Below are positions 13,501-26,439 of a stretch of DNA of 64,000 bases, one piece after another (within the stretch, counting starts at the first letter, position 1; each line of letters begins with the position of its first letter). Source of the DNA: Tubiluchus corallicola. Lineage: Eukaryota; Animalia; Priapulida. The stretch spans positions 434,001 to 498,000 of the forward strand of contig JAQGDQ010000092.1 in assembly GCA_030141605.1 (NCBI GenBank), written 5' to 3'. The notes beneath the pieces are model-generated. The model was not told where the DNA came from and did not search any database. It worked only from the letters and a program-made list of their open reading frames with translations. Made by a program: the position numbers and the translations under genes.

Positions 13501-16500
13501 GATATCAAATCAATAGTTTACGTTGAAGTCGATACGACTGCTTAATTAATAGACACTTGCGTGAAAAATGTCACTTGACAAATATCGAGACATGGTATTA
13601 GACTCAGTCGAAGTACATAGACTTCGTTACTCTTAGTTGATGAAGAACATGATAAGGCTGCGATTATCACAAAAAATAGAAAAATAATGTGAAGGCAAAT
13701 AAAATGGTTACGAGTTTTAGACAAAGAAGAGAGTCAATATTAATACTGTTGCAGTGGGTTACACAGAAGAATAGACAGATACGTGTTGTGTTGATTTACT
13801 TAAAATATGTGCATAGGTGCGCATTCTTGCAATACTGAGCTTAAGCCTATAACCAGAGTAGGCGTGACCTTAGACAAATGGTCGTGACAGAGGTGGTCTG
13901 CAAAGATATATTTCCGGCTCATGTATTTAAAATTGCTCAATTACAATCTTTCTTTTTGCTTGTGTTTAATCCAGTTACTGACTGTCCGATTGTGTGTAAA
14001 TGTGAACTTTGCAGAAATCTATAACAATAAGAAAAGTTGAATGAGAACGATCAGCGTAGTGATCTCTTTACCGTTTCAGTGAAGGGGAACTAGTACTTAT
14101 ATATGTATATAGGGGGGCAGTGTAACAGATGGAATCGCCCAAAAGCTGGTGATTATACACCCATTTACTACTTCGGCGGTGGTAAAATTATGGGAGCATA
14201 GGAGCGTTACGGCTACTGGCACGACCGGAATCTAGTTCATTATCAAGCATATCAGGACATGTAGATATTGTGTAGATTTAGCAGCAGTAGCAGATTAACT
14301 TATTAATTTTATTAAATATTTTATACATTTGAATCTTACGACTATCTAATTTGTAACTTGTAATGCTTCTGGGCCAAAAACAGAACTTTTTGCCTCTTGC
14401 CATTATTCGTTCCTAAGCTCTAAAAATTAATTAGGATTTTATTTAGAGCATTTCTGAAATAACTGTACTCAACTGACAACAATAACAAATTATCCAATCG
14501 ATGCTGGCATTGCGCTGTAACTAAAAACACACGTTTTGTATCGTCTGTTCAAACCCGAAGAACTGCATGACTCACTCAGCAAAACTGACGCTGCCTAACC
14601 AGTTATCATGGTTATGATGTGCTGCTACCTATTGAAAAAAACAGTACGAACCAAAAAGTGATTTTTTGACTTTGAGGAAAGCAGCACTTTAAACAAAATG
14701 GTCGCATTCCTAGTCAGTGACTAATTCCATTAATTCGTTTGTTTATTCATTGGTTTATTTATTCATTTAAATACTTGTTCATTCGTCTATCATTTATTCG
14801 TTCATTCATTTATTTGTCTGTCCATCTGTTCGTTTGTTCGCCCATTTGTTCGTTCGTATGTTCGTTCGTTCATTCATTTGATCGTTCGTTCGTACATTTA
14901 TTCACGCGCTTATCGTTTGCTCACTCGTTCATTATTATTTATGACTATTTTTATCTCTTTTATTATTTAACTTTATATCAATAAACATGGTACCACATTA
15001 CAAACATTAATCACAAACATACATGTAAAAAATTCACATTCAACTACAAGACATATTATTATTATTATTATTATTATTATAAGTCTTTTTATTAAACATA
15101 AAAGACATATTGAAAATAGCTTAACCAAAAAAATGCAAGTTAAAATCATCACATAACAACTTCTGCCTTTTTTCGACAAGTGCGACTCAAACTATTGGTC
15201 GAGGATATCGCTAAACGAAAGACCGTGGATTAGAAAAAGACGCCAATGCCGCCATCTTAAATTCAAAATGGCAAAGCGAAAATCCGACTCAGTCACTCAA
15301 AGCAGAATTCGTTGTAGTACCGTTCTATGAAGTTTCGTTGATGTGACGTGGTGAATTGGTAGAGCCTTTTAAGTTGTTAAAAATAATGTTATTAGTACCG
15401 TCTTGAATTAATGATGCAGATAAAAAATCTGATTAGTGTATTTCTGTTGCTCGATATGTTTATGTATTTATGTCGATCTGTTGCTAACTGGGAGAACGTT
15501 CTACTAAAATGACTCTATTGCCGCCATCTTGAACACAAAGCGGCGGATAGAAAACCCTACTCCACCAAAAGCTTCGTGTTGATCCATAGCAAATTCGCAA
15601 AAGGCATCTCAGCAAGAACAACAAGAGCAATTTCTAGATGAGTACGATTTGGGTCGAGCCTCGTGCAACAAAAATTGTGATTTCAATAAAATGTCAGAAA
15701 ATACCACAGAGCTTATACACCCCGTCAGTGAAACGTCATTTTTACTTACAAATATGCAATCTTTTAAGCTATAGCAGCTCTTAATTAAAACTGCGTGTAG
15801 AATAATTACAACAACGAGTCATTTATGACTCTCTAGGTACTGTAATTTGTTTTTTTAGCCATCCAGCTAATTACATATCATCTAATGACAGGCATAAATA
15901 AGAATGCATGCCTGAATGCGCTGTTATTTAAAGAAGTAGTTATTAAGGTGGCTTAATAAGAAGAAATGCTAGCATTAGCGAACTGTCACATGCTGAAAAT
16001 AGCATCATTATTGTCAACAGATATCAATAATGTACCTGACATTTTGTCAAACTAAACCTTATTCGCATGAACAGTGAATACACAAAAGAAATGGATTCTA
16101 AAAGTAGACACAATTTACTAGGCTTCACAAAAAAGAGCTCAAGGTAAAATCGCCAATGAAAGTATCTTCATCATTTTGCGAGGCTAAAAAGCGATAGCAA
16201 TCCGATGAAATAAAAAAGTGCAGATAGAGTCGGATCTGCAGAATCGCATTAGTAAGATAATTTTCATTTGTTCTACAAAGAAATTCGATAGAGTGGATTC
16301 AGAACCTGAAATACATTTTTCGCAAGTATAGGTGGTTATTTTCTTTTCGCTTCGCTTTTCTTTTTCATTTTCTTTTTATTTAATTAGTGGTTTAGTATTC
16401 TATTCTCCCTTTAAACTGGCTTGTTACTGATGTGACTACGCGTAATATTAGTTTTCATAACATGACATTACCCAGAAACACTCATTAGTTTCAAGAAAGG

Positions 16501-17781
16501 AAAATTATCAAAAGTATGGATCTCGATCATTTTCCTTTCTTTGCTTAGACTTAATTGCTTTGACAGAACTATATCTCATTATAATAGTGGCGTATTACCC
16601 ACATAACCGTGCATTACCGTACAACTACCCAAAAGTGCATTATAGTCAGAGAAGCACCACTCTGAGCTCAAGGCTAAGCAGCTTCCTGTGGTGACTTTAC
16701 GCCAGAGTCTGTCAACCCTTCTGTCTGACCGTCCCCCAGTCATTCAGTCTTACAGCAAGTATAGTAAAACTAGCTAATGTACTAGTGAAGCTGTGTCACA
16801 AGTTTTTACTTCGTTTGTTTATTACCATCGACTTTCTTACAACATAAACGTGCAAAAAATGTAAAATTTTTATCACGTAATAACTGTGTAACAGGAGGTG
16901 CCATATAAAACGAGCAAAACTGAACGAATTACTGCCGAGCACACAGAAAAACATTTTGACGCGATGCATGTGTTAAGATCAATATCATTAAAGCTTTCTG
17001 AAAAATTAAACTAGGTGTACAGTAGGTTACCATCGTATATACACAGGGAAGGAGAACTACAACTGCACACAAATAATGACAAATTTAATGCTACTGGTAA
17101 AAAGGGGATTTGTGATTAAGCCAAGTAACACCACTAAGTAACAAAAAGTTGAAACAAAATAAATCAAAACGAACCCTACGTGACCACATGGTGCAAACAC
17201 AACGTTGTTGCTTTGCTGAACCCTGAACGTCAGCGTGTGTTGTCGATCATACCGTGACATGAAGCAGAATTAACTATAATGCCCTATCTGGCCGCTGCTG
17301 TGAGTGCTAGCTGTAAATGACCTGGTGAAATACTATCAGTGTTAATAGACTGAAGTAATCCAATTCGCCATACGACAAAAGCACGTAATGTTAACATTAT
17401 AACAAAAGCACAGCATTGTTGAGCTACAAGTGTAGGTTGAATTCTAATAAAACATTTTTAACAAGAACTACAGAATCGCGATTATGGTGATGGCGGAAAT
17501 GGTGGACACCTGGTTGACCTAGCAGGATCCATTTTGATGGATTTTTAAAAATGTTAAAAATGTAGTTTTCAAAAGGAAAGAAAATGGAATTTTAAAGTGT
17601 ATCCCAAAGAGCTTTCCATGCAAAGTTGTATTACTAAGCATTATACTCACTTGTTTGAGAGACTTATGTAACTGAAAAAGAAAATTCTTAATATTTTAAA
17701 ACGTTGTCTCCATCTAGTAAAACAGTATGTTATGATACAGCGCAAAATTATCGGTCTGCAAATAGTAGCCTTGCATTTATA

Positions 17782-17786
<5 letters not shown>

Positions 17787-17841
<55 letters not shown>

Positions 17842-17847
17842 CGTGTG

Positions 17848-17891
<44 letters not shown>

Positions 17892-17900
17892 TGTGTGTGT
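17787..17900. repeat. (GT)n(GCGT)n microsatellite
   Basis: Direct reading. Absent from duplication copy 1. Confidence 0.97.
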
Positions 17901-17965
17901 AAATAATGGGGTTATCATCATCATCTTCAATAGTAAAGCGGTAGTGCATCGTCATCCCAGCGTGA

Positions 17966-18387
17966 TTAAGGGAAAGGCCATGTCTTCTGGAAAGTTAGAC
18001 TCAACGTTCGGGATAAATGTTAGAAGGATTTAGTAATAATACGGCACTGTCAATCTTTGACAAAAGTATAATAAATGTTTGCAAAAAATTAGATATCTAA
18101 TTTAAGTAATTTTGTAATATTTTTGCGTGAACATTAGGTAAACTGCAGAAGTTTGAATCAGTTGAAGCAGCGCGTGCTTTCGGAAAGTCACGACGTCCAC
18201 CAGTTACGTCATAACTTCGAAGTGAACGGCGGCAACCTCCACATCTGAAGATTTTTTCAGCACTAGTATATTTTAAATTTATGCATTATAGATAGTTTTG
18301 TGCAAATTTCTTTGTTATATTTTTCCAAATTTAAGTGATAACAGTAAAATAAACTCAACATACTGAGTGACTTGTTCTTTCCTTTAA
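17966..18387 (+). mobile_element. TTAA-flanked MITE, duplicate of 10159-10580
   Basis: Part of duplication copy 2. Confidence 0.75.
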
Positions 18388-19679
18388 AAACACATTATAG
18401 ATCTTATTGACAATATAAAAGAATATGAACTCATGAATGCTATGATTATTTTTTCAATTGCTGCATTAAAATTGCTGCATCAAACTGTAATCACGGGAGT
18501 TTAAATTTACAAGTTTTTTACTGTGTTACTGTTAACGCAAGCCCTATAAGTGATATAAAATTTTAAGATAATTTTTTTAAGTTTTATTAATGAAGAGTTT
18601 TTGTTGTGCTTTAAACCAAATTTCTGGCTTATTTCTATTTGGAGTTTAAGTACTGGAGTGCCTTCAATGCCTTCTAGTACTTGAAGACATTAATATGAGG
18701 CAAACGTGCGAGGAATAAATTTCTCTACCAATTCTTAAAGTCGTTATTAATTATAAGGACCTATAGATAGAGGACCATTAACTATCTATAGGCCTAACCA
18801 ACAACAATAACCAACGCGCTCTGAAGTCAGTACCCGAATATATATATATATATAGTCGTCACTTTTTTGCGTAAAGTCTATAAAGTCTATTGATTTACCT
18901 GACAGAGAGAGAGAGACTTAATTTATTTTTTAAATTTCAAATTCATATTCAGATTCTTTCACCAGCAAACTACATTTTACAACATGCAAATTAATTAAGT
19001 ACAACCAAAGCAGTAATCTAAATATTTTTGGTAATAATGGCAGGTGCTCCTCTTTGTTTCAAACACAAGAGAAACACTGTTGCTGATAAAACTTACGCTA
19101 TGAATGAGCACAATCTGAAACGTTTTTTATCGCTTTAATTTTTCACAACATCAGTTAAAAACAACAAAAACTACAATCTGATATGGTTCGTTTGTGCCTC
19201 AATTTCTTTGCAAACTAGGAAATGCTGATCAGTAAGTATTGCTAATCAATTTTATAGTTCTTAATGAGACAAATTTGTTAAAGATGCCTTTAGAATGCCA
19301 GGTTTACCCGGACAAACTGAAGCAATTTGCGCGTGTCTTGCACGCAGACCATCAATTGTTATTTTTAGAAATTATGTCTTGGCTTCAAAGGAGTGTTTAC
19401 TGAATCGCTTCAGCCATGAGTCACTAGACGGACAGCATCAGTAAGCCGGATTCGAGAGTGTTTAGACTTAGCTATTGTAAGTAAAAGCTTAAATCACAAT
19501 GTGACTGAATTGATGCTGAAATCGTAGGTACTGCGTTTTTAAGGATGAAGGATCACGAGTTAATAGAGAACGTTTTCTGCGCGACCCTGTATATGTTTAG
19601 GTAATCAGAAGCAACATGATTCTGTAGGTGCTGCAGGTAGGTTCCTCTATGAAAATAGTTATTCGAATCTTATACAATT

Positions 19680-20850
19680 TGTATGTGAAGCAACAAGTGT
19701 ATATGAGGTGGGGGTAAGCTTATATCTAATGAGTTCCAGGAGGGCAAAGAACTAAGACAAAGCAGCTCATTGTCCCCATATATTTCAACTTGTGTTTCTA
19801 TGAACTGAGTCAAAGACTATGTGGTTTGAACGTGGGATACTTCATTGAGGAAGTATATACAAATCATTTGATGTATGCTGACGACATATGTCTAATTGTT
19901 TCTACTATTTCCGTTCTTCAGTAGTTAGTAAACATATATCAGACTATTGATATGACCATGAACACGACACTGTTACGAATTTGAAAAGATGAAAATTGTT
20001 TCTGTTAAATCTACTGGATCTGGAGATTTTGAACTTGGCAAAGTCAAACTGAATCAAAATTCCATAAACTTTGTACGAAAGAAAAATACATAGTTTATCT
20101 CACCCCGGGCGACCGGTAATAAAGTCATGGAAAAAGTCACAATTTTGGCTAGGCAAAACATTACAGGAAAAAACAATTAATTTTGGCTATGGTTAGGGTT
20201 AGTGTTAAGGTTACTTCTTTTTGCCTGTACCATTTTGCCATTTGACTTTTTCTGTGATTTTTTTACCTGCCTGTAACTTTTTTACCTGGATTCCTCACAC
20301 CATCAGATAATATGGATGACAAATGGGTCATCGCCTCTTTCACGCCCGTTCTAATGAATTAATAAGGATTTTTTTCTGTAGTAACCCTGTGAAACAAACG
20401 TTAGGTGTTTTTGTTAGAATTCGATTGTTTATTATTGCTCTTCGTGGTTCCCCGTGATATAAGATTATCTTACAACACGAGTATTAGATTACTATAAAAC
20501 TATCCATAGGACGGATTTTTCTACTAGACGTATGTGTCAGCATAAATTTGCTTTCTTATTTTGAAGTTATTATTAAGAGACCCTCTCTTCTTTGAATTTA
20601 CTCACAGAAGTCTCAAAATAACTGAATTCGAAATATTATACATGGCGACTGTCGAATCCAGTGACCCTTGTATAGGAATAGGTCATAAACTCTGTTTACT
20701 ATGGACTCTGTTTATATAGCCGTAATTTGCATTGCTTGTACTATTTAATTTTTCTTTGATATAGTGACACGTGTTTATTATTATCGTCCATGTATACATG
20801 CTGTAATACGAAACTTTGCTTCTACAATAAAAAGTTCAATTCAATTCAAG
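19680..20850 (+). mobile_element. Degenerate LINE RT and 3' end, interrupted by a MITE
   Basis: Reads ELRQSSSLSPY..FNL...NHLMYADDICLI, with YADD at 19874-19885. There are stops and frameshifts, and a tail of AATAAA plus (TTCAA)3 at about 20826-20849. Confidence 0.8.
20107..20292 (+). mobile_element. Short non-autonomous DNA element with telomere-like core
   Basis: GGGCGACCGGTAATAAAG...TTTTTTACCTGGATTC with a GGTTAGGGTTA core. Flanks CTCACCCC/CTCACACC form an imperfect 8-bp TSD. Inverse copies lie at 57905 and 60122. Confidence 0.75.
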
Positions 20851-21134
20851 TGTGAGACCATCTTATTTGTATACAAGTTGAGTTAATTTTAATAAGGGGA
20901 TGATTCTTGAACTTTCCTTAATGTAGTAAAAATAAGTTTGTGAATAAAATGTTTATACTGTGTCCAAACTAAAAAAATTGTTCAACCAAGTTGATTTTCC
21001 TTGTTTTCTGGCACAAATTTATGAAACAAGTTTTCAATTGTGGCGATGTTTAATTATTAACTTATTAGACCATTATTACAAATACAATTTACATTTATTT
21101 ATATACACAACTTATAATACAAGTATTTCGGTTT

Positions 21135-21998
21135 TCAGTTATTTAGCTCTTTTTTCTTCCAAGCAGTTCCGTTCACACCTGTACGGAATGATTCTGACTG
21201 AGGTTTCTTTAGCTCTTTCTTTCTGGCTGAGCGAGTATAAACTGGCTTCATTTCTCTAATTTCTGGACGGTTGTTCTGCTCTATATCTGCCTTCACCGCA
21301 AGCTTATTAGCTGATAATGGCTTCTGGGCAGATTTCACTGATGAGCTAGAACACGGGGAGGCAGATCGGGTGCTGGGGTTGGATTTCAGCTCTGAAACTG
21401 GGCTTAATCCCCGGTTAATTGTCGGAAATGTCTGATCCACCGCTGGCATATAAGTTTTGGTTATTTGTATAGAGGGAGTAACCATCATTTGACGATCAGT
21501 GCCATCTGAGCTACCATCTTCGTTTGATACTGAACTAATACTTTCATCGACAACAAAAACACCCTCTGACAGAATCATAGAACCAAATTTGTAGTTTACA
21601 TCTTCGCTTATAGAAAAGGAGGTACTGTCCTTATACTTCTCCCAACTAGCTCTTCGCTCCTCCCTGCGGGAAGCCGCTTCCTCGCTGGGTTTTTCTTTTT
21701 CTATCGTTTCGATTTTTTTCGCAAAAGCTTCTTCCATTTTGCTCACGGGTCTTTCTAATTCCTCTGTGTCAATGGACAAGGAGCGAGTCATTTCCCACAG
21801 TTTGTCGTGCAATTGTTGTCGCCTTTCTGCTGCATTTAAACCAGTTTTACTTAACGAAGGCGCTACTCTGAAGAACCCAAAGTTTGGCGACACAATTATG
21901 AATCGGTCGCGTATATACAGAATTGGACTCACAATTGCAGTATGTCGAACAGCCTTGTAGTCACCATAGGTCTCATATTCAAGTGACTTCTCACTCAT
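21135..21998 (-). CDS. Uncharacterised 287-aa protein, Ser/Glu/Lys-rich, probably disordered in its C-terminal part
   Basis: 864-bp ORF with higher GC than the flanks and AAACATG start context. Splice acceptor TTTCTGTTTTTAG lies 14 nt upstream (exon starts at 22012). AATAAA follows at about 21094-21099 on the minus strand. No family recognised. Confidence 0.65.
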   Translation of the reverse strand: MSEKSLEYETYGDYKAVRHTAIVSPILYIRDRFIIVSPNFGFFRVAPSLSKTGLNAAERRQQLHDKLWEMTRSLSIDTEELERPVSKMEEAFAKKIETIEKEKPSEEAASRREERRASWEKYKDSTSFSISEDVNYKFGSMILSEGVFVVDESISSVSNEDGSSDGTDRQMMVTPSIQITKTYMPAVDQTFPTINRGLSPVSELKSNPSTRSASPCSSSSVKSAQKPLSANKLAVKADIEQNNRPEIREMKPVYTRSARKKELKKPQSESFRTGVNGTAWKKKELNN

Positions 21999-22951
21999 GT
22001 TTAACTTTGCTTCTAAAAACAGAAATTGATAATCAGCAAAAAATAGGAAAACATTACTACTTAATACTTAAACCGATAAACAGGATTTTTCTAAATGCCG
22101 ACTTTTGGGTTGTAGTAAGCATTTTCTTGTTTTTTTTTCTTATATTTCTCCCTGGACATTTAACCCTAAATACAGACACTTTGCTTATAAATCCAGGTTT
22201 CCAGGGCCTCTTATGTGTAAAGTTCCTTATTAGAAACTTGTTTCCCTGTTAACTACAACTTCACCTGTTTCAAGTTCATCCTAGTGGTTACTAGCAAATT
22301 ATTTACAACCAGCAAGAATTCTATTTTTCCAGGCTTTCGTATTGCAGCAAATTACAACGAGTGGCCACTGACTTGTTTGAAATGATTTACGTAAAACCAG
22401 AGAATAATAACATAACAATAAAAAAGTTGTTCCTGCTTAGGGACTGCTTCATAGTTTTCAGTTGTCCTGGCTGCCTTTGAGAATAACTTAGAAACATTTA
22501 CCTCATTATTTTCTACCCTCAAGAAAACTAATTTAGAAAGTGGCTTGTAACTGCGTAGTCTTTTGACAGCATGCGACATCTGTCTCACGTGGAAACTAAA
22601 AAAAGGAAAGGTCGAAAAGGAAACGTTAGTGGTTTCGGGTGACGGCAAAATTTTTCACAAATTACAAAACAATGCATGAGGTAACCGAATAGCTGGAATA
22701 TAGTGAAAATGTGAGGTAAAATAGAGTGTTACTTTTACAAATAAAAAGTTTTAATGTAAGGGAAACGGCGATTGTACAGAGGATTTATGAGATTAAAGTT
22801 TACCTAAAAACGTTGATTGAAAAGATTGAAACCATCAAGATTGAAAAGCCAAGCGAGATTTAAACTGGACAACCCATGCACATTACAACACAATTCACAT
22901 TGCAAACAAAGAAAAAATTACACCTTGAAAACACAATATAATTGTAAAACA

Positions 22952-23556
22952 CAACACAATAATAAATTAATACTATATAATTAATTAAATATTGCAGTCG
23001 TTTATAAATAATTTTAGTGATACTGTATAGAACCCAAAATTTTACACCAAAATTCTAGCACATTAGTAGGGCCAATTTACTGAATTACCCCGAAAAATAT
23101 AATTAATTAAATAATGCAGTCGTTTATAAATAATTTTAGTGATACTGTATAGAACCCAAAATTTTACACCAAAATTCTAGCACATTAGTAGGGCCAATTT
23201 ACTGAATTACCCCGAAAAAATGCAAGAAAGCGTTTTTTGGTGTTTTCTTGTAGTATTTGGTCCAGAGACTAACATATCTAAATTAGGGCGAAATTTGAGG
23301 TCTAACTATGACGTCAAAAAAGATGACCGCCATTTGACCAAAATGAATTGGTATTTAGTCTACCAGAATGATGAAAAAATGCTCATTTTAATTCAAAAGC
23401 ATGAAACTTTGCACAGTGCTAGTGGTCATTCAGGTGATTAATTTTGATTATGGAGTCAATTCAAACACGTCCAATATGGCCGCAATTTACATGACGAGTT
23501 TTAGAATTACAACTAGAATTTTCGGCAAATTTACACTGTATAGCATTATTGTGTTG
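22952..23556. mobile_element. Probable non-autonomous TIR element
   Basis: Perfect 12-bp TIR CAACACAATAAT/ATTATTGTGTTG, with ACA on both flanks (possible 3-bp TSD). Confidence 0.5.
22975..23218. repeat. 122-bp tandem duplication, 2 units
   Basis: 22975-23096 and 23097-23218 are nearly identical. Confidence 0.95.
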
Positions 23557-25089
23557 ACATTCATGGGATTTGATTTCATTATACAGGTCTACATATTTCG
23601 CGTGCCAAGGCTGCTATTACCTCATTTTCATCTCTCCGCCTTCGTTGTTTACTTATTGAGTGCGTCAGCCTTACTAATTTGTGCAAACTTCCGGGTGTTT
23701 TTAATTGACAAAGCCTAGTGCTCTGCTATTGAATGCTAAGATAATCGTCAAAAATGTATAAAATAACTTATCAGTTTTTACCTGGTAATTTTATTATTTA
23801 GAATGTGCAATATTCATATAGTCAGAACAATCCTTAAATACGAAAGTGGTCTATCAGCTAGCTTACACCTAATTGTCTCTTACAATAATGAGACAGTCGA
23901 CTTTCATTTAATAATGAATTAAAAATCGCAAAATTCAATTAATTTATTAATTAATCAACAAAAAACTAATATTGAAGAATTTTATTGCATTAGGGAAGAG
24001 AAAATAGACGAGTGGCCAAAGTTTGTGCACCTAACCGTAACGCTAACTCGGTAGGTTTGAACATTGTGGTACTATTACAGAAATGAATTAATAAAAGAAC
24101 AAACGTGAGCATGGTCAGCATTAATTACTCACATTATACGTATTATATAACTTACAAAACAGAGTGATGTAAAGTATAACTATGAAAATGTTATATTTTT
24201 TCACAGACGTTATGGATAATGTTAATATTAGCCCAAACAGTGCAAATACAAAAACAAGGAATGCGTTTTTTTTAAACAGATTATGCTTTTGAAAAGTTAT
24301 GTAAGCGTAATATCAAAAGCAAGGAAAAAAGCGACTAAACGTTTTTGCAAAAAGTTCTAGCAGGAGTGAAATTGAACGACTTCCAATGCGAATACGATGA
24401 ACAAGACTTGCGACAAAATATTAACTTTTATTCAACTTCATCAAGGCTTCTTTTAAAGTTGTCAAATTATGTAATACCATTTTACTGATGAATTCTGATT
24501 CAGTAGTAGTAACATGTAGATCTATGCACCTTTTAGATAAACATTTCCTACGTGAAAAAACACAGACATTTCATTCATTAGTTTATTAATTACTTTTACC
24601 TGTATTGAAAAAAAGATGAAGTAGTAATCAAAATCCGACAATTTTCAATGGGTCTCCCAACTCGAAGTTAAGTAACGCGCGATTTGCCTGATGAAGCTGT
24701 ATATATACATTGCACTGAGTATTTTCATACAATTATCGCTTTCACGACGTTTATTACTGTTGCTTATCTATTCCTTCTGCAGTCATGGTTACCAAGATAT
24801 GTCAGCTTTATGAAGGCGCACTTTTATAACGAGAAAATCGCTCACTGGATGAGTGATAAGCCTGCACAAGAAGCCGCGCAGCAGAAGCATACACAATTGA
24901 AGCCAAATATGTGCATCATTACCGTCAGGCATTCAGTATTATGTAAACATGGTGAAAAGAGCAGCCACGGCGCTCAATTTGCGCTTCATAATGTACGTCA
25001 GCAGTAAAAACACAAATGTTGATTTTGAATGAAATAACATTAACTAGGTCCCTTGAGCAAGATAAGTGCTTTCTTCTCCCTCGGGAAAC

Positions 25090-25245
25090 ATCACGTCCCA
25101 TCCTATCTCATTTCACTTCTTCTCGTCCCATATTACCTCATCTAACCTGACCTCACCTTAACCTCTCCCACTTCATTTGACCGTATTTCGCATGTAGTAT
25201 CTTATTTCACCTCACTCAAGCTCGCTTCGCCTCGCCTCATCTCAT
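25090..25245. repeat. Degenerate pentamer repeat (CCTCA/TCTCA-like)
   Basis: Direct reading. Confidence 0.65.
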
Positions 25246-25329
25246 TATTACGCTGCGCATGCACCAGTTTAAAATTATTGTTGTAAAATTTTGTGCGTTA
25301 AAATTTTTTACTAATTTCAATTTTTTCCT

Positions 25330-25559
25330 GAGCAGCAGCGACGACGACGACGACAACGACAACGACGACAGCAATAACAACAACAACGATGATGATGACA
25401 TCAGCAATAACAACGATAACAATAACAACAGCAAAAAACAACAACAACAACAACAGCAACGGCAATGAAAACGACAACGACAAAGACAAAGACAACGAGG
25501 ACGACGAGGATGATGACAGGAATGACAACAACAATAACAACAACTGCACCTACAACAGT

Positions 25560-25617
<58 letters not shown>

Positions 25618-25890
25618 GCAACGACAATAATAACAACAACTGCAACTGCAACTACAACAGTAACAACAGCAACAATAACAACAGCAGCAGCAACAACGAT
25701 GATGACATTAGCAATACTAACGATAGGAATGACAACAGCAAAAAAAGTCAACAACAACAACAACAAAACAGTAATGGTTGATAACTGCAAAGCAACAACA
25801 GCAATAGCAACAAAACGACAATGAAAATAATGATGATGATCACAACTAAGGAGCAAGCAAGAAGCAAACAAGCAACAGCAACAATGAGAA
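25330..25890. repeat. (CAA)n/(GAC)n trinucleotide low-complexity tract
   Basis: Direct reading. It creates spurious poly-N, T, V and L ORFs in several frames. Confidence 0.95.
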
Positions 25891-26015
25891 GAAATAAGCA
25901 ACAGAAAAGACGCAAACTCAAGAATATGAATCTCTATAACTTTTCGGTTAAGTTATGTAAGAAACTTTCGGAATACCAAACTTACTGCGCACTCCGAAAC
26001 TTTCTCTTAATGAAA

Positions 26016-26181
26016 TCACAGCAGTCGTAGTGAATTCTGTTCTGCATGATATGTTGCTGTATGATACAACCACTAAAAATCTCCTGTTCTATCTCTTTTC
26101 ACAGCAGTAGTACTGAAGTCTGTTCTGCATGATACGTTGCTGTATGATACAACCACTAACAATCTCCTGTTCTATCTCTTT
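26016..26181. repeat. 83-bp tandem duplication, 2 units
   Basis: CACAGCAGT...CTGTTCTATCTCTTT starts at 26017 and 26100. Confidence 0.93.
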
Positions 26182-26439
26182 GTTATAGCTAGTGCTGGGT
26201 GGAGACGGTTTTCAACTGTTACACTACTATAGGTAGTATACATTTCCCGGATTCCAGCCCATATATCTTGCAATTTAAATTCAGATTTAAATGAGCATAT
26301 TCGTGAAAATTTCGAAGCTACGTCTGAGTTTAAAAATATCGAACGATTAAACACAACACATTTAAACGCTAAAAGTTCATTATCAAAACCGTCTAAACCG
26401 TCATTATTATAAAAACATCAAAAGTTGATAATATAATGA

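Larger units (their letters stand above)
11170..18976. repeat. Tandem segmental duplication, copy 2 (about 7.81 kb)
   Basis: Near-identical to 3483-11169 and ends at CAAACTACATT (18976). It is longer mainly because of a microsatellite at 17787-17900. Confidence 0.98.

Noticed and set aside
17647-18033. His-Thr and Cys-Val repeat ORFs
   Set aside because: Microsatellite artefact, absent from the other duplication copy.
25237-25901. Poly-Asn, Thr, Val and Leu ORFs in many frames
   Set aside because: Products of a (CAA)n tract that is open in most frames. No splice or homology support.
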